From: Nemertoderma westbladi
Taxonomy: Eukaryota; Animalia; Xenacoelomorpha
NCBI GenBank assembly: GCA_032718475.1
Contig: JAUCBJ010002913.1
Coordinates: 1-44,352 of the forward strand
DNA length: 44,352 nucleotides
Direction of reading: 5' to 3'
Shown here: positions 34,631 through 44,352 of the stretch, in pieces
How positions within the stretch are numbered: the stretch's first letter is position 1
Layout of the letters: the number at the start of each line of letters is the position of its first letter
Translations under genes and position numbers: made by a program
Notes under the pieces: model-generated
The model's input: only the letters and a program-made list of their open reading frames with translations
Told to the model about the DNA's origin: nothing
Database searches by the model: none

Positions 34631-36181
34631 ATGACTGAGTTGATAGAAGATGATCTTGGTATCAGGGAGCGATATACTCTACCTTTACAAGCGTTTGTTG
34701 ATAGCTTGATACGCGGCGATGCTAGTCCAACTACTACGGAGGACGATGGCCATTATATCGAACTGCCGATGTCCCAGGAGCACCTTACGCGTGAATTGGA
34801 CTATAGAAAATTCACCGCTCGCTATACGCATCGTAATGGTACGTATATGGACTTCTTAACTACTGGCCATCCTATCGATTTACACGATACGGACTATGTC
34901 GAAACCGAAAGGGAAATGGTACTATTTAAATATCCTACCCAGCGGAGTCGGAACGATAAACTGAAAATCGAATGCGAAAATTCTATTCGAAATCGACTCG
35001 AAAGAGAAGACGTTAAAGAACCGGATAAACGCGGTAACTCCAACGTATATTTGGAATTCTTGAGAGAAACATTGTAAAACCGAATAAATATAACCCGCGT
35101 TTCCCCTACAAGACGTGCATCTTTGGTATTATTGCGATGAATGCCCAAGACCCAACCAACAAACGGAAAGACATAAACATCCGCGGAGACGTTGCTTTAA
35201 ACACGGTTTTACTCGCTATATTTACGGGAGTTTCGAGCGAAACTTGTTCGATGTATCACCTACGCTCGCTTGATTCAAACGATCCTTAAATAAACATATG
35301 ATCAGAGTTCTGGAATACTCGGTCAGACCTCCTCATTCCCTAGTTAGACCTCAGACTCTTGATCCTAATAGTATCACGGATCCTCCCGAACTGTACTCAC
35401 TATTCAAAGATCTAGTGTTACCCGAACAGTTAGTCGGTGGCACTCCGGTTGTGGGCTCCCTAAATATTCGCCCATCTTACCTAGCCGGATTGGGATGCGG
35501 ACATCTAATATCGCCATTCAACCGTATCATCGTCCCGGTTTAACCCGATACAACCTGTCACCGAGGAGGAGGAGAGAGTCATACGAAACGCGTTGGGCAC
35601 TATTCGTCAAAAGATCGGAAAAGGAACCTACAATTGTTTAGAGAAACGTAAATTGCAGCAACAAGTCCAAGCGGTAAACGAATTAGCTTTATCTCCGTTC
35701 GATCAGGAAATCCAGAATCTATAAGAAGATATCGAACTTGGAAGACTCTACTTTCTGCAAGAGTTTGGACAAATGTTTTCAACGACAAGCGGAGGAAAAT
35801 CAGCTCGAGGAGAAGCATATCGATTCCGATAGAGCCCGAGAACGCGAGTTGGAAAGAATCATCAAACCGAGGAAATTTCTCACTACACATGGTCCAGCTA
35901 CCGCTCTCGTGCAAATGACCCGTCAGGGACCAGTAAGAGCTGCTGTCTCAAAACGCGCTCTCAAGGTTGTTCGACCTCGTTCCACTGATGTTGATACCGA
36001 TCAACCGGGTACCTCGACCGGCGGATACACCGACCGTAACCCTAAACCTTCTGATGCAATTATATTTCACCCTTCACCCAAGGGTTATAGCCCTCCTAGT
36101 AAAGTGGCTCGCACCAAAGAGAAAGGGACTCTTGCTAGCCTCAAAAAACTGCGTAAACACCGTTCGCGCAAGAAAGACTAA
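34631..36181 (+). pseudogene. Outer element accessory coding region of unknown function (not env-like), degenerate
   Basis: ORFs 34631-35077, 35298-35543 and 35738-36181. Mostly synonymous differences to the inner copy in the MIRV...VPV segment; basic C-terminus KKLRKHRSRKKD. Confidence 0.7.
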
Positions 36182-36250
36182 CTGTTTAGAGTATTTTTAT
36201 ATTTTAGAAACTGTGATTTTTATATTTTATAGAATTAAATCCCATTTTCT

Positions 36251-36258
36251 GGGAGCGG
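36251..36258 (+). other. Short polypurine tract of outer element
   Basis: GGGAGCGG immediately before the 3' LTR. Confidence 0.65.
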
Positions 36259-37429
36259 TGTAAAAGCTTTTGCGGATCTAGCTAGTCATTTTCCCCGCAA
36301 AGTACTCTGTAGGTGTTTTAGCGGACATAAAAAGCCGTTTTCCTACTGTGTAGGTGTTTTAGTGGACATAAAAAGCCATTTTTCTGTATGTGTACTTTAG
36401 CGGACATAACTAGCGATTTTATGCCGCAATACGCCAAAATACTCTTCATACAGTGTAGTTCAGATGACGACATCTATCAGCTGATATGTCCACGTAGAGC
36501 TTTTTCTTTGTTCTTTGTTCACTCGACCAATCAGAGCAATTTTCATTTTATTTGCACAGAAGCCTCCGGGAAATCGCGCAATGCATTATGGTCTTTGTTT
36601 ACCTTTTTTCCTAAGCCCAGAACATCGGCTGTGGAATTATTCTGTGTTTCAGACTTTAGCCAAACATTAGAACGGCTTTGATCATAGAAACGTATAACTG
36701 TTATCAGCTTGTCATATCTCATACAAACCTGATCATATAAAAACACCGCATTATTTTACTGCTATTTACTGTCGGTTATTAATTGTATCAGTTGATGGAA
36801 TATTGTTATATTTGGAGAATAACGATAAATAATCAGAAAACCCCAATCTTCTTGATATACTGAAGGTTAGAGAGACCGGTTACATATAGCAATTGCGACT
36901 TACATTATAGTGGTTTTGGAGTGAATTGAATGCTATTTCATAGGCCCTACATGTGTCAGTTGCTGTTCTCCTTATATATGATTAAAATTAGTGAAGGTTG
37001 GCAGATCAGTGTGCAGCAGTGTGCGGTAGTGTGCATGAGTGTGATAGATAACAAAGCATTTCCTAAAGAATGCGCTTTATACGTGAATCATTAGCCATCC
37101 CGTTGTGTTTAGTGTAAGTCATAACTCTGTTTACATACTTAGAGCGCCACGTCCTAAAGGAACTGTTAATATTTCCCGAAAGTGAATAATATTTGTCAGA
37201 GATATTATATTAACGATCAATCGAATAGTACAGTAGGCCTACACCGCAATAAGGTCAGAGCATCCGAATCCAGTCTCCCTTAACCGTGGGTGAATGATCG
37301 CGCATAGGCTGGCTTCGGCTAATGTAACTTATGTGTATCAAATACTTGTTATAGGCTAAAGTCGATTTATAACCTAGAAGACACCTAAATTTGGCAGGTT
37401 AAACTGCTAAAGGTCTAAAAGCGCGAACA
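36259..37429 (+). repeat. 3' LTR of outer element
   Basis: 1171 bp, TG...CA, followed by TSD AATGA. Confidence 0.95.
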
Positions 37430-37520
37430 AATGAATAATGTTACAGTTTTTATTTTTGGGAGTAATCGGTTGTCATTTTCGTCGATTTTCCCCTGCAGAA
37501 TCGATGTATTTTGATTGCGT
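37430..37520. mobile_element. Right part of the interrupted MITE family A copy
   Basis: gttacagtttttatttttg...ttttcccctgcagaatcgatgtattttgattgcgt matches 7941-8019. Confidence 0.7.
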
Positions 37521-37712
37521 TGATAGCGAAAGTCACTGAAAGCACACCACACCATTTACACTGTAGTAGGTAGTTACACTGTACTTCTACAAGATTAATG
37601 TATTATCTCTGTGATTATATTACTTACTTACTACTGCTGTACTGTTAGTACTTATAGTATACTGCAATAGCCTATCTGCCTTATTGCAGTTAGGCGGTAG
37701 GCCTACTGAATT

Positions 37713-38180
37713 ATGGATAGGCCTACCGGTAATGAGGATGATGACATTACCCAACTCGCGAAGGATTACTCCAACTACCTAACATTCAACGTGGACTCAG
37801 AGATAGAAACGCTAGAGAACGACACGGAAGCTGTGCTATCCCGCCTGGATGAATTCCTCAGTGTTGTAGATAAAGTGAGAGGGGATACAACCGACGTACT
37901 CAACCTGGTTATACCGCAAGTCGCGGTACAAACCGAACAACTCGATAACGCCTTCCGGAAGATCGATAAATTAGAGGAATTATTAGCAATAGTAAAGAGA
38001 AAAGTAGACATTGCAGAATCAGAGGTTATTAAAGTCGAACAACACAACAATCGATTTAAGAAGGCGTTAAAGACTGCGACGTCTTTTCTTAAGCCGAGGA
38101 CTCAGCAGTTTGTAGAAGAACCGTTGCAGGAACCTAGAGTAGAACTGTTCCAAACTAAGGGTTTATTTAGCAAGGAATAA
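37713..38180 (+). CDS. BLOC1S4: BLOC-1 subunit 4 (cappuccino) homologue, 155 aa, intronless
   Basis: AKDYSNYL...VLSRLDEFLSVVDKVRGDT...IPQ...FRKIDKLEELLAIVK...ESEVIKVE...LFQTKGLF follows the cappuccino coiled-coil pattern. Confidence 0.8.
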   Translation: MDRPTGNEDDDITQLAKDYSNYLTFNVDSEIETLENDTEAVLSRLDEFLSVVDKVRGDTTDVLNLVIPQVAVQTEQLDNAFRKIDKLEELLAIVKRKVDIAESEVIKVEQHNNRFKKALKTATSFLKPRTQQFVEEPLQEPRVELFQTKGLFSKE

Positions 38181-38479
38181 AAAAAAGTCGTACTGTTCGT
38201 GTTAGTGGCACTCAATTCCAATGAATTTATAATATTTGTACTATTTTACAGTATTTATGTACAACGGTAAGTGAATACCGGTAATTTTTAATTAAATATA
38301 TTTATAATATAATAATTATTACTAAACTATACAATCTTATCTAGCTTTCGACGAAGTCTAGCCTCTGCAGCTCTGTTTTGTATGTTTTGCCTATACATAA
38401 CAGCAGCATAGCATACCGGTACTAAGCAGACAAACTCCTTATTACTGTATTATTCATGAACAAATTGCCTCAAGTCAGC

Positions 38480-38786
38480 AATTCAGGCACCAAAGTGTGT
38501 TTCAGCCGGATTTAATATTCCACCCCCTAAAGGGTGTGTGGTATCCCTGTACGCTGTATCAAAAAACATGTGTACATAATTGTTAGGAATTATATAGTAA
38601 GGATCAATCGAATGATACCTAAACAGCCCATTTTGGTCAGCCGATATATTTAGTCTCCCTTTGTGGGTCATACGCCGCGCTAGTTTGAATTGTATCTGAT
38701 GTTAACACGTTTGGCAAAATTAAGCAAGATTTCTGTGATAATAAAAATTGATGGTGAAAATTATCGAAGTCTTAAAAGCGTGAACA
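38480..38786 (+). mobile_element. Old, diverged LTR 3'-portion relic related to the BEL/Pao LTRs
   Basis: Collinear blocks gatcaatcgaat (38602), ggtcag..ccga..agtctccct..gtgggt..cgcgc (38635-38680), tttggca, and terminal gtcttaaaagcgtgaaca (38769-38786; 17/18 match to the inner LTR end). Left boundary uncertain. Confidence 0.6.
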
Positions 38787-40335
38787 CCATTCACTCACAT
38801 TACTAAATATATTCGGGGCACTATTTGCTTTTTGGTCAGTTGTGGAATGGTTGTTTGCTGATATCGAAATTAAAATGACTCACTAATTATGTAACCTTTT
38901 TTGTAATACAGTATAACAAAGCGGTAATGAATAACGTCATACATACAACGCTGTCGAACGGGATGATTGAATATTCTTCTGATTGTTGAACCGCCCATGA
39001 ACAGTTTTAAAAACACAATATTATGATTACATATTTCTCTAATTTAATAATTAACTAACTATTTACAAAAATGACAAACATATTACAACGACCATTAGAA
39101 ACTGATTTTCCATCACCGTACCAACACTATGTATACTCCTATTATTGTAGCAATACTAATTGACCCTTTTAATTATGACGAACAGAAGGGGCATGTCTTC
39201 CAAATGATGAGGTAAGTTAACTGAGAGGCAGAGGCATTCTCGGGGAACAATATTATGCGGGCAACAAAGTGATACTTGTGTGCTGGCCAGTTGTTGCATA
39301 GAAGCTATATTCCCATTAATTTATCAAATTGAGGTTCCTGAGGTCATTACGGGATGGGTTTTCGGTCGCAAGTACAAATTGAATTTACGGCACCCTAAAG
39401 TCTTTCTAAAAAACATTCATTCAAATAATACATGAAACATAATTTGTGAAACAAGATTAATGCTTGACAAGATTGATTATTTTAATAACATAATACAATA
39501 TCAGATTAACAATTAATATAAGAGAAACTTCTCTGTAGTTTCTCTGTGTATACGCAGTTTCATTATAATGACCTAAAGAAGCCCTGTTGGGAGAAAGTTC
39601 ATTTCATTAGTCACCTCAGGTCAAACCGTACTACCTTAACTGTTTAATTAATATGATAACTATGTTGACGAGAGCGCGAGAATTACTTCTTAAAAACTAA
39701 GAAAGGCTTTCGACTTTCAAGTACGATAGAACGGCTACAATCTTGTGTTGTTTTAGCTTAATAGAGATATTAAAATATCCCCTGCCGCTGGCGTTTATAT
39801 TTGAGCATATTTTAAATGTTTGCCTCATATTCAATTGATGATGTGTACCGCCTTCTGGCAAAGCGGCACCCAGTTTAAACTATCAATCACAGCTAGCGAG
39901 TAGCGACCCACTGTCGGCGACCTTCAAACAAACAGGTGCAGAGTCGGAAAGAACTGTCACATGCTTTGCTTGGCTTGTGGTACCATTTGATTACATAATA
40001 GATTTTGGCAGACTGGGCGGTCGCTCTGACCATATGCATTGTGCACCAACAATGCCTAAAACATCTATGGGAACAGCCAATTAGTGCGCTTGAATCATTT
40101 ATCTTTATTCCTGCCTCTATCGTTATTCTTTACTTTGTATAACACAATTTACAGTGCGGCAAAGTATGGCTGGTTGACCATTGAAATGCATTGGTAAAGG
40201 TATTCGGCGTTCACGTGGGCTAAAAAATTTAAACAGTACAGTTTTAGCACTATACATTAATATAGATAGGGCAACAGACAAACTGTCTATGACACAAATA
40301 CCAACACATTCCGATAGCCCGCAATTACGGCGTCT

Positions 40336-40745
40336 CTAAAGAGTCCAAATATAAATTAATAAAATCCTCTATGAAACAATAAAAATTCCTACAAAAAATA
40401 CTGCTGTATTAAATATTAGTTACTGCAGTAACATATAACAATTACTGCAGTAACAAATATTTATTACTGCAGTAATAAATATTTATTACTGCAGTAATAA
40501 ATATTTATTACTGCAGTAACAAATATTTGTTACTGCAATAATCAATATTAATAAATTAATAAATAATTGAATAAAAATTTATACTGCAGTAACAAATTAT
40601 TTGTTACTGCAGAAAAAGACAATTATTTATTACTGCAGTAAGTTTAATTCTTACTTTCAGTAACAAATATTTATTACTGCAGTATTTTTTGGAGGCATCT
40701 TTATTGTTTCATAGAGGTTTTTATTTCTTATATTTTACCCTTTAG
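40336..40745. mobile_element. Foldback/MITE-like element with ~70-bp TIRs and an internal array of palindromic 21-bp repeats
   Basis: ctaaag...cctctatgaaacaataaa...aaaaaatactgc is mirrored by gcagtatttttt...tttattgtttcatagagg...ctttag; internal (ttactgcagtaaYaaatattta)n. Confidence 0.8.
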
Positions 40746-41744
40746 TAGTCAAAGTCAATATACCCCATACCATAGCCAGCTTCAGGCAGGACTGTATGAA
40801 ATGACTGACAGTACTACTTTGAAATCTTTGAGAACACTTTGTCATTTTCTTGGACCACTTTTAGAAATTTGAGACACTTTTAGTTCTTTGAGAAAATCTC
40901 AAAGAACAGATGCACTTTGAGACCCCGACTGTATATCAATGATATAATGTATGAGTTGATGTCAATGAATCCCTGCTGTTGCCAACTACTGTACTATGCA
41001 CATTAACATTAAATCATTAACAAACTTTATTTCCCTACTTCAATATATATATTTTATGACACAGCGGACAATATTATTTATTCTATAAAAATGTAGGATA
41101 CCTGCAGTCTGGAAATATTGAGTATGGTTGAGATGTTGAGTATTGATGATGAGAGTATGGTGAGTATGGTTGAGATATGGAAAATATTGAGTTTACTGGG
41201 TGATATTGAGTTTTGGCGTTATATTATGTTTTCGGGGTGATATTGAGTTTATGGCGTTATATTAAGTTTACGGGGTTAATTATTAAAGTTAATTATTTTA
41301 TTAGGAAATGTTGCAATGAATTGAACAGAACAGGATCATATGTTACAACATTGTGTGAGTGTTTGTTGCAAGTACAGTTGAAATAAGAAAATCAATACCG
41401 GTATGATAATGTAGGAAGATAAAATGTAGGTAGATACCGTAGCAACTGCAAAACTAGAAATGTGTAAATCAATAGACGTATACAGTATTGTTTAATGAGA
41501 TACTGCCATCGCTCCTTCATAACATTACTGTAGCTATATATTACATGCCATGTGATGCACTACTAAGCCTATGGAATGTTATAGTATAATACAGTATTAA
41601 GCCAGTTTATTCTCTTATATTATTATATATATTATTTCTTATGAACTTGTTAAAACATATAATTAATAAAGGTGGATCTTCGCAATGCGAGATTTTAGGT
41701 TAACCAATGCTTTAAGCAAATGTACTGTAGGTGCTGTAGGTAGG

Positions 41745-41955
41745 TTGATCTCGATTGCTGCAAAGCTATACAATAGAATTCTATTAAATCGCATCAGGAA
41801 TCCCATCGAGAGACTGCTCCGTGGAAATCAGAATGGGTTCCGTAAAGGTCGTGGGACCATGGAGCATTTTTTGGCGCTTAGATAGGATCTGGCTGAGACA
41901 GGCATCTGGCTGTTATCTTTGTTGACTTCTTCAAGGCCTTTGATTCAGTCTCTTG
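41745..41955 (+). mobile_element. Non-LTR retrotransposon (LINE) RT fragment, degenerate
   Basis: LISIAAKLYNRILLNRI...NQNGFRKGRGTMEH, then VIFVDFFKAFDSV after a stop/deletion. Confidence 0.8.
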
Positions 41956-42371
41956 ATCACGTACAGTATGTTCTTCAGTAGGGCTGTGCGTTTTGCACTT
42001 TTTTCGATTTCATTGTACTACCACCGGTGCGCAAAAGTTGCCAAATGGTAAAAAATTAAGGCAAAAAATTTCTCTAAATTTCGTCTATATCTTGACGGAT
42101 CCCAAGGGAGTTGTAATTTTGAGCCATCGCGATGCACCACAATGAAATTTATAACAATAAAACACATTGATTAAAGATCAATGACCCAAGAAAGAACTTC
42201 CTGCATGCATCAAATGTGTCCAAACTTAGTTAGATAGCAAGTGACTCTTATTCTCAATTTTCGCGATGGACAAGTTTTAGTTCTCCTACTGCATTAATAT
42301 TATGCTCATTGAACCGCAATGACAGATTCAGTGGGGGTAGTCACCATCAAAACAAGCGTAGAGCCAATATT

Positions 42372-42580
42372 CTACAATAAGCTGCAATAATGTACTACGT
42401 TTATGTAAAAATCCAAACTGTTTATCGGACAATAAGTTATCAAAAAGGTACAGTAGTCCATAACTTCTATAACAATTATACGTTCTAAGAGTTGGCAAAC
42501 TGAAGAGGTTATCGAAACTGGTCGGTAATTTACAGCGTCGGAACGCTTTCCTTTATTTTTAAAGATGGGGATTATATAAA
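42372..42580 (-). mobile_element. Non-LTR retrotransposon (CR1/L2-like) RT fragment, degenerate
   Basis: IIPIFKNKGKRSDAVNYRPVSITSSVCQLLERII. Confidence 0.8.
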
Positions 42581-43366
42581 CCATATTCTGGAACATTTTT
42601 TAAATGTATGAATAGCTACGTAATAGTATGAGTAAAGGTGTAATGCATTGTTGCCCAGCTACGTATTTGGATAAACAAAATATTCCAGATTATGATGTAT
42701 TTATTAAATAGAATAAAATAGCCTCGCGCAGGTGCATAACCATGCAAAATTTGAACGCCCATATCTCAGCTATTTTTCAACGAAAATCAAATTGCGTTAC
42801 ATATTTGAAATGCAGGGCCAGCTTTCCATTGGTACCAACAAACAGCTATAAGGTAGAATAATAACTGCGGTGTAACTGGTGTAATATCGCTGGAGACACC
42901 TTTTTTTTAAACGCTTGTAGCTAAAGATTGAAAGCAAAAATAAAAATTCTGGCTCACCCAGTCAGTGGTCGGGAGGTGAAAATATCTCTGTTTCAAATTT
43001 CATGCAATCTCATTACGATTTGTAGAAAAATTAGGGGGGGGGGGGGGTGTCACTGAATTACGACACTATATTCTGGGACATGGTGTATAATAATATGAAA
43101 CCACTCATTCACCCATAACACCAATAATAAACTATAAAACAAATAATGTGGTATACAACAATATTCACGGCGTAGATATTTTTATATTTTATTTAGTTAA
43201 TTGCACATATGAGTCAATTTATTAGCGACTGGTGTTATAGATTAAACGCTAAATATCTTTCTTTGCCTTCTGGTACAAAATATACAGCTATTTGCTTGAA
43301 TTTTTTATTGGTACACTACACAGTACTATCTTTCTTAAAATAAAAAGTTGAGATAAACGGATAGAT

Positions 43367-44008
43367 ATGGAGTGTTCGAAGAATCTTGTTCTAGAGATCG
43401 TATTAGCAGCGTTGCACCTAACTATTTGTTGGGGCGTCCAATGTAAACAAGGTGGGGTTCTATACCTTCACTCAAAGAACGAGGCCTTGCGGAGCGAATA
43501 CGTTGACAAGATTTATGATCTCGGTAGTCAGTTGCAATATTTCAACCAATCGTACGATAGAGAATGCGGAGTTTGTTTCGAAATGACTTTCAGATGGATT
43601 GGAGACTATAAAAAGGAGGACCATGACGAAATGGTCTTTGAGTATGTAGCCGTGGATTGCTATGATAAATGTTTAACCATGAATGAAAAGCTGTGCAGAT
43701 TTCAGCTTGCTATTCAACAAGATAAGCCACGGGATGATCAAGAATTAAACGTCAAATACATGGGAATGATTGAAGCTTGGATAGAAAACCACTTCTCATT
43801 TGTGGATAAGTCCTGCCAAGTCCAGTGTTGTAATGGCACTGAATTATGCGGGCCCCGCACATGGCAATTTGACGAAGACAGGAAAACCACAAGTACGGTT
43901 GCTTCTGTGGAAACGACTGCGCAGACTAGTGGCTCAGATACAGCTACTGGTACATTTAAACTAGTTTTAGTTGGTCTAGTACTCGGCGTCCTCTGCAAAT
44001 ATTACTGA
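43367..44008 (+). CDS. Secreted, probably GPI-anchored cysteine-rich protein, Ly6/uPAR (three-finger)-like, 213 aa
   Basis: Signal-peptide-like N-terminus ending ...TICWG|VQC, ten Cys in the mature domain ending CQVQCCNGTELC, a Ser/Thr-rich stalk and a hydrophobic C-terminal tail. Confidence 0.65.
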   Translation: MECSKNLVLEIVLAALHLTICWGVQCKQGGVLYLHSKNEALRSEYVDKIYDLGSQLQYFNQSYDRECGVCFEMTFRWIGDYKKEDHDEMVFEYVAVDCYDKCLTMNEKLCRFQLAIQQDKPRDDQELNVKYMGMIEAWIENHFSFVDKSCQVQCCNGTELCGPRTWQFDEDRKTTSTVASVETTAQTSGSDTATGTFKLVLVGLVLGVLCKYY

Positions 44009-44352
44009 ATCTTCTAATATACGTTGCACAATGGTGGCGGAATATCATTTAAATACAGCATGTTCAATTAATTGGACAATTTAAAATGCAGTTACGAATT
44101 ATAAATAAAATAAAATATTTTGTAAGAATCAAAGCTCTATAATTTAAAAAGGGGCAATTATACCGTAGCTATAGGGGTGATGGTCGATGGAGGAAATAAT
44201 TAACACAGACCACATCACAGCGAATTAAAGTAATATATCGTAGTTTAAGTGTCACAAGGCCCTAAGTCGATTTTTGTCAGATTATACTTTTTTTATACAG
44301 TTCCAGACTTTAAGACATGCTCTATCGGCTGGTGAAGTTTTTAACACTTTAA

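Larger units (their letters stand above)
11556..37429 (+). mobile_element. BEL/Pao LTR retrotransposon (outer element, ~15.7 kb excluding the nested element), coding-defective
   Basis: Two ~99% identical 1171-bp LTRs (TG...CA). 5-bp TSD AATGA at 11551-11555 and 37430-37434. Gag-PR-RT-RH-IN order with BEL-specific motifs. Confidence 0.95.

Noticed and set aside
34631-36181. env gene
   Set aside because: No signal peptide, transmembrane segment or cysteine-rich ectodomain visible.
38341-38375. Minus-strand hammerhead-like CTGCAGA-ggc...gtc-GAAAGCTA
   Set aside because: The core has C instead of the invariant A, and no stem I can be formed.
40420-40685. CRISPR-like array
   Set aside because: Eukaryotic context; repeats are contiguous without unique spacers and lie inside TIRs.
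43030-43089. Tc1/mariner-like terminus ctgggacatggtgtaTA
   Set aside because: No matching opposite TIR found, so no element could be delimited.

Overview
AT-rich animal (probably invertebrate) genomic DNA with three intronless host genes: a lethal giant larvae (Lgl) homologue (3797-7345, minus), BLOC-1 subunit 4/cappuccino (37713-38180) and a probable GPI-anchored Ly6/three-finger-like protein (43367-44008). The centre (11556-37429) is a BEL/Pao LTR retrotransposon (1171-bp LTRs, AATGA target-site duplication, about 15.7 kb by itself). It is inserted into a MITE copy and carries a second, related, internally deleted BEL/Pao element (19280-29455, ~1200-bp LTRs, ACAAC duplication) nested in its pol. 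The most striking observation is that neither element has a tRNA-type primer-binding site. Instead, the 11 nt immediately after each 5' LTR are perfectly complementary to an 11-mer inside that element's own LTR, with a compensatory base change between the two elements. This suggests Tf1-like self-priming, or cis 5'-3' pairing, in a BEL/Pao lineage. Both elements also carry covarying leader hairpins and a non-env accessory coding region of unknown function before the 3' LTR. The flanks hold MITEs, a foldback element, a tRNA-derived hairpin element, LINE RT fragments, a PHD-finger relic and an old LTR relic. All calls come from reading the sequence by eye; no database searches were run.
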